Of a stretch of DNA of 64,000 nucleotides, positions 61,143-64,000 are shown in pieces. The stretch is taken from positions 1,693 through 65,692 of the forward strand of contig JAZRKN010000016.1 of NCBI GenBank assembly GCA_045646345.1, in the 5' to 3' direction. Under the pieces are notes generated by a model. The model was not told the DNA's origin and made no database searches. It saw nothing but the letters and a program-made list of their open reading frames with translations. The translations under genes were made by a program, and so were the position numbers. The stretch comes from Candidatus Scatovivens sp. GTDB lineage: Bacteria > Bacillota > Clostridia > TANB77 > CAG-508. The number at the start of each line of letters is the position of its first letter. Positions within the stretch are counted from its first letter, which is position 1.

Positions 61143-62333
61143 ATGGCTGCTATACATACACAAGAAGGTACAGTTTATTATGAAAAAACAAGAAATCGTT
61201 GGAGATGTGATTATAAAATTTTAGATCCCGATACATCTAAATTTATAAGAAAAACAAAAACATTTCGTTCTGAACAAGATGCAAGAGATTTTTTTTCAAT
61301 GCTTCAATATCAAAAAGGTAATGATTTATATGTGAAAAATAATGGTATACCTTTAAATAAATTAATACGAAGTATTTTAGAAAGAAAATTAGAAACTGGA
61401 GTTATTGGTGAAAGAACATATGCTAGAACAATGGAAACAATTACAGCAATGGAAAAATGCGAGATACTTAAGAAAAATATTGATGATATATCTAGTGTGG
61501 AGCTACAAAGTTATTTAAATTCTTTAAGACATTATAGTCAAAATACTATAAAGAAATTTATGGATCAATTAAATCATGCATTTAAATATGCTCAAAATAA
61601 AGGGTATATAATAAAAAATCCTATGTTTGATATTATAAAACCTAAAAGTAATAAACAACCAAGAGAAGTTCGTGCATTAGAGATTGAAGAACAACAAAAA
61701 TTAACTGATTATTTACTATATGTTCCTATTAGTGAAGAACCATTTAAGAATGTATTTTTATTACAAATGTTTTTAGGACTTCGTATAGGAGAGGCATTAG
61801 CGTTGCAAGTAAGTGATATAAATTTATACAAGAATATAATTTGTATATCAAAAACTTTAACAACAGATAAAAATCGAAAAGTAATTATGGGAGATAAAAC
61901 AAAAACTTATGCTGGAAAAAGAGAAATACCTATACCAGATTTTTTATTAAATGAAATAAAAAATCAAATGAGATTAGCAGAAAATAATAAAGATAAATTA
62001 TTATTTGTTGATAAAGCTAATAATTATGTATTACCAAATAACGCAAATAGGAATTTACAAAAGATCGCTCAAAATTTGGGAATTGAAAATATATCAAGTC
62101 ATAGTTTAAGACATACTTATGGAACAAGATGTATTGAAGCTGGAATGAGAGCAGTTGCCCTTCAAAGACTTATGGGACATACTGATATAGCTGTTACATT
62201 AAACACTTATACTTCAATATTTAATAAATATAAAGAGCAAGAATTAGAAAAAGTAAATGAATATTATCTAAATAATGAAATTTTAATGAAAAGAAATTTG
62301 CTACAGGATGATACTGAAAATATTCGAAATTAA
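61143..62333 (+). CDS. int: tyrosine-type site-specific recombinase/integrase
   Basis: catalytic signature LRIGEALAL...HSLRHTYGTRCIEAG...LMGHTDIAVTLNTYTS (R...HxxR...Y). RBS aggagg before the ATG at 61143. Confidence 0.9.
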   Translation: MAAIHTQEGTVYYEKTRNRWRCDYKILDPDTSKFIRKTKTFRSEQDARDFFSMLQYQKGNDLYVKNNGIPLNKLIRSILERKLETGVIGERTYARTMETITAMEKCEILKKNIDDISSVELQSYLNSLRHYSQNTIKKFMDQLNHAFKYAQNKGYIIKNPMFDIIKPKSNKQPREVRALEIEEQQKLTDYLLYVPISEEPFKNVFLLQMFLGLRIGEALALQVSDINLYKNIICISKTLTTDKNRKVIMGDKTKTYAGKREIPIPDFLLNEIKNQMRLAENNKDKLLFVDKANNYVLPNNANRNLQKIAQNLGIENISSHSLRHTYGTRCIEAGMRAVALQRLMGHTDIAVTLNTYTSIFNKYKEQELEKVNEYYLNNEILMKRNLLQDDTENIRN

Positions 62334-62849
62334 TTTCGAATATTAATAGAAAACGTTTTCGTTTTCTAAATAGTACATAAATCAATTTTGATTTGTGTAC
62401 TATAAATAAGATATTAAAAACTATTCAACATTATTCGTTAGAATACATTGAATAGTTTTTAATAATCTTTAATAAGGGTTTATTAAGGGATATGCCCTTA
62501 ATCATACAGAGAACTTTTTTAAAGTTCTCTAGTATGTTAGAGCACTTAATGCTTATAGTAAATTTAAAGAAGTGCAATACAGTAAAGCATAAGTAATACC
62601 TCGTAAGCTCTACTTAAATAAAAATAGAGATAAAATATTAATGAAATAATTTCATATACTCATTAATGGAACAATTGATAATTAATCTCTTTTATGATAA
62701 TATCAAGCTATAAAATAGTAATTTGATATTTTCACTTTATTGTGATTATATAAAAAATTTTAAAGGAGGTATTTTTTGAGAAAAATTAATATAGGTATAT
62801 TGGAACTCGTATTAGATTTGTAAAAACAAATCAATAGGAGGAAATAAAA

Positions 62850-63566
62850 ATGAAATATGAAAAAACAGAAAAATACGATACTGAATTAATTAATCAAAAA
62901 ATTATGGGACCTAACCCATTAAAATTGGAAGAAGAACTTATGAAAGACAATAGAATAAAAAAAGGTTCAATTGTTATGGATTTGGGCAGTGGACAAGGTG
63001 TTACATCAATATTTTTAGTAAAAGAATATGGATTTAAAGTTTATGCGACAGATCTTTGGAGTGATGCAGGAGAAAATAAGAAATTCTTTTCTGAAATGGG
63101 ATTAACAGATAAACAAATTATTCCTGTAAAAGCTGATGCTACAGACTTGAAATATGAAAAAGAATTCTTTGATGCGGTTGTTAGCACCGATTCTTATAAT
63201 TATTTTGGAAGAGATGAAAATTATTTAGATGAAAAACTTTTACCTTTTGTAAAAAAAGATGGTTATATCTATATAGTTGTTCCAGGAATGAAAAAAGACT
63301 GTCATAATAATATTCCAAAAGAATTATTGTTATCTTGGACACCTGAACAATTAGACTATATTCACGATATAGAATATTGGAAAAATATTGTTTCGAAATC
63401 AAAAAATAGTGAAATTATTTCAATTTATGAAATGGAAAGTAATGAAGAATGTTGGAATGATTGGATAAAATGCGAAAATGAATATGCTATAAATGATAAA
63501 AAAGCTATTGATGCAGGTGCTTGTAAATATTTGAATTTTATTGCTATTGTTTTAAAGAAAAAATAA
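62850..63566 (+). CDS. class I SAM-dependent methyltransferase
   Basis: motif I VMDLGSGQGVTS; acidic motif II around VYATDLW; RBS aggagg. Confidence 0.7.
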   Translation: MKYEKTEKYDTELINQKIMGPNPLKLEEELMKDNRIKKGSIVMDLGSGQGVTSIFLVKEYGFKVYATDLWSDAGENKKFFSEMGLTDKQIIPVKADATDLKYEKEFFDAVVSTDSYNYFGRDENYLDEKLLPFVKKDGYIYIVVPGMKKDCHNNIPKELLLSWTPEQLDYIHDIEYWKNIVSKSKNSEIISIYEMESNEECWNDWIKCENEYAINDKKAIDAGACKYLNFIAIVLKKK

Positions 63567-63631
63567 GTTATAAAGGCTGATATAATTATATATCAGCCTT
63601 ACAAATTACAATTTGTAAGGAAGAATATATA

Positions 63632-64000
63632 TGGAATTTGGAGAAAAAATACAAAAATTAAGAAATCAAAATAAATGGACACAAGAACAATTGGCAGAAA
63701 AATTATATGTATCTAGAACCGCTGTATCAAAATGGGAAAGTGGAAAAGGTTATCCTAATATCGATTCATTAAAAGATATAGCGAAATTATTTAATAAAAC
63801 AATAGATGAATTATTATCAAGTGAAGAAATAATAGATATTGCTAAAATAGAAAATACATCTAATATAAAAAGAACAAATAACTTAATATATGGACTATTA
63901 GATATAATTAGTGTGTTATTTATATTTTTACCACTATATGCACAAAAAGCAGAAAACTTTGTATATTCTGTATCTTTAATTAGTACAAATGATTTAAGTA
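63632..64000 (+). CDS. XRE-family HTH transcriptional regulator with C-terminal membrane segment (partial, runs off the window)
   Basis: HTH_3 signature QEQLAEKLYVSRTAVSKWESGKGYPNIDSLKDIAKLF. Confidence 0.7.

Larger units (their letters stand above)
60446..64000 (+). mobile_element. left end of an integrated element at the tRNA-Leu 3' end (xis-int plus cargo, continues beyond the window)
   Basis: tRNA 3' end adjacent to xis and int, followed by a hairpin-rich 515-bp spacer, a methyltransferase and an XRE regulator. The attR repeat is not in the window. Confidence 0.5.

Overview
This is a very AT-rich (about 27-28% GC) Firmicutes/Clostridia-like chromosomal segment; all calls come from reading the sequence, no searches were run. 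Housekeeping genes I am confident of: mutS2, lexA with an SOS box, obg, trpS, a cadC-cadA metal efflux pair, a tetR-acyl-CoA ligase pair, carA-carB, rpsB-tsf, a CDF transporter, malQ-like, and a three-gene polar amino-acid ABC transporter. Accessory content includes a CotH-VTC-DUF4956 trio with a frameshifted cotH, an Lsa-family ABC-F protein, an ECF sigma/anti-sigma pair, a Spo0A-C-like orphan regulator, an orphan AgrC-type histidine kinase, a sortase-anchored Cna-B surface protein and a BspA-like LRR protein. There is an orphan WHH nuclease toxin domain, a 918-aa protein with a tightly coupled 85-aa partner, and a tRNA-Leu(UAA) followed by xis-int and cargo that opens an integrated element running off the right end. 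The most unusual signal is a set of discrete higher-GC (about 40-50%) gene cassettes, most with strong sigma-A-like promoters and GC-rich intrinsic terminators. The largest of these is a tandem pair of paralogous unknown-function genes at 30081-32292, wedged between rpsB and the orphan kinase. I also see a roughly 330-nt GC-enriched leader with a terminal attenuator hairpin upstream of the ABC transporter, which is a riboswitch candidate. Many short ORFs in the six-frame track are antisense shadows and were rejected.
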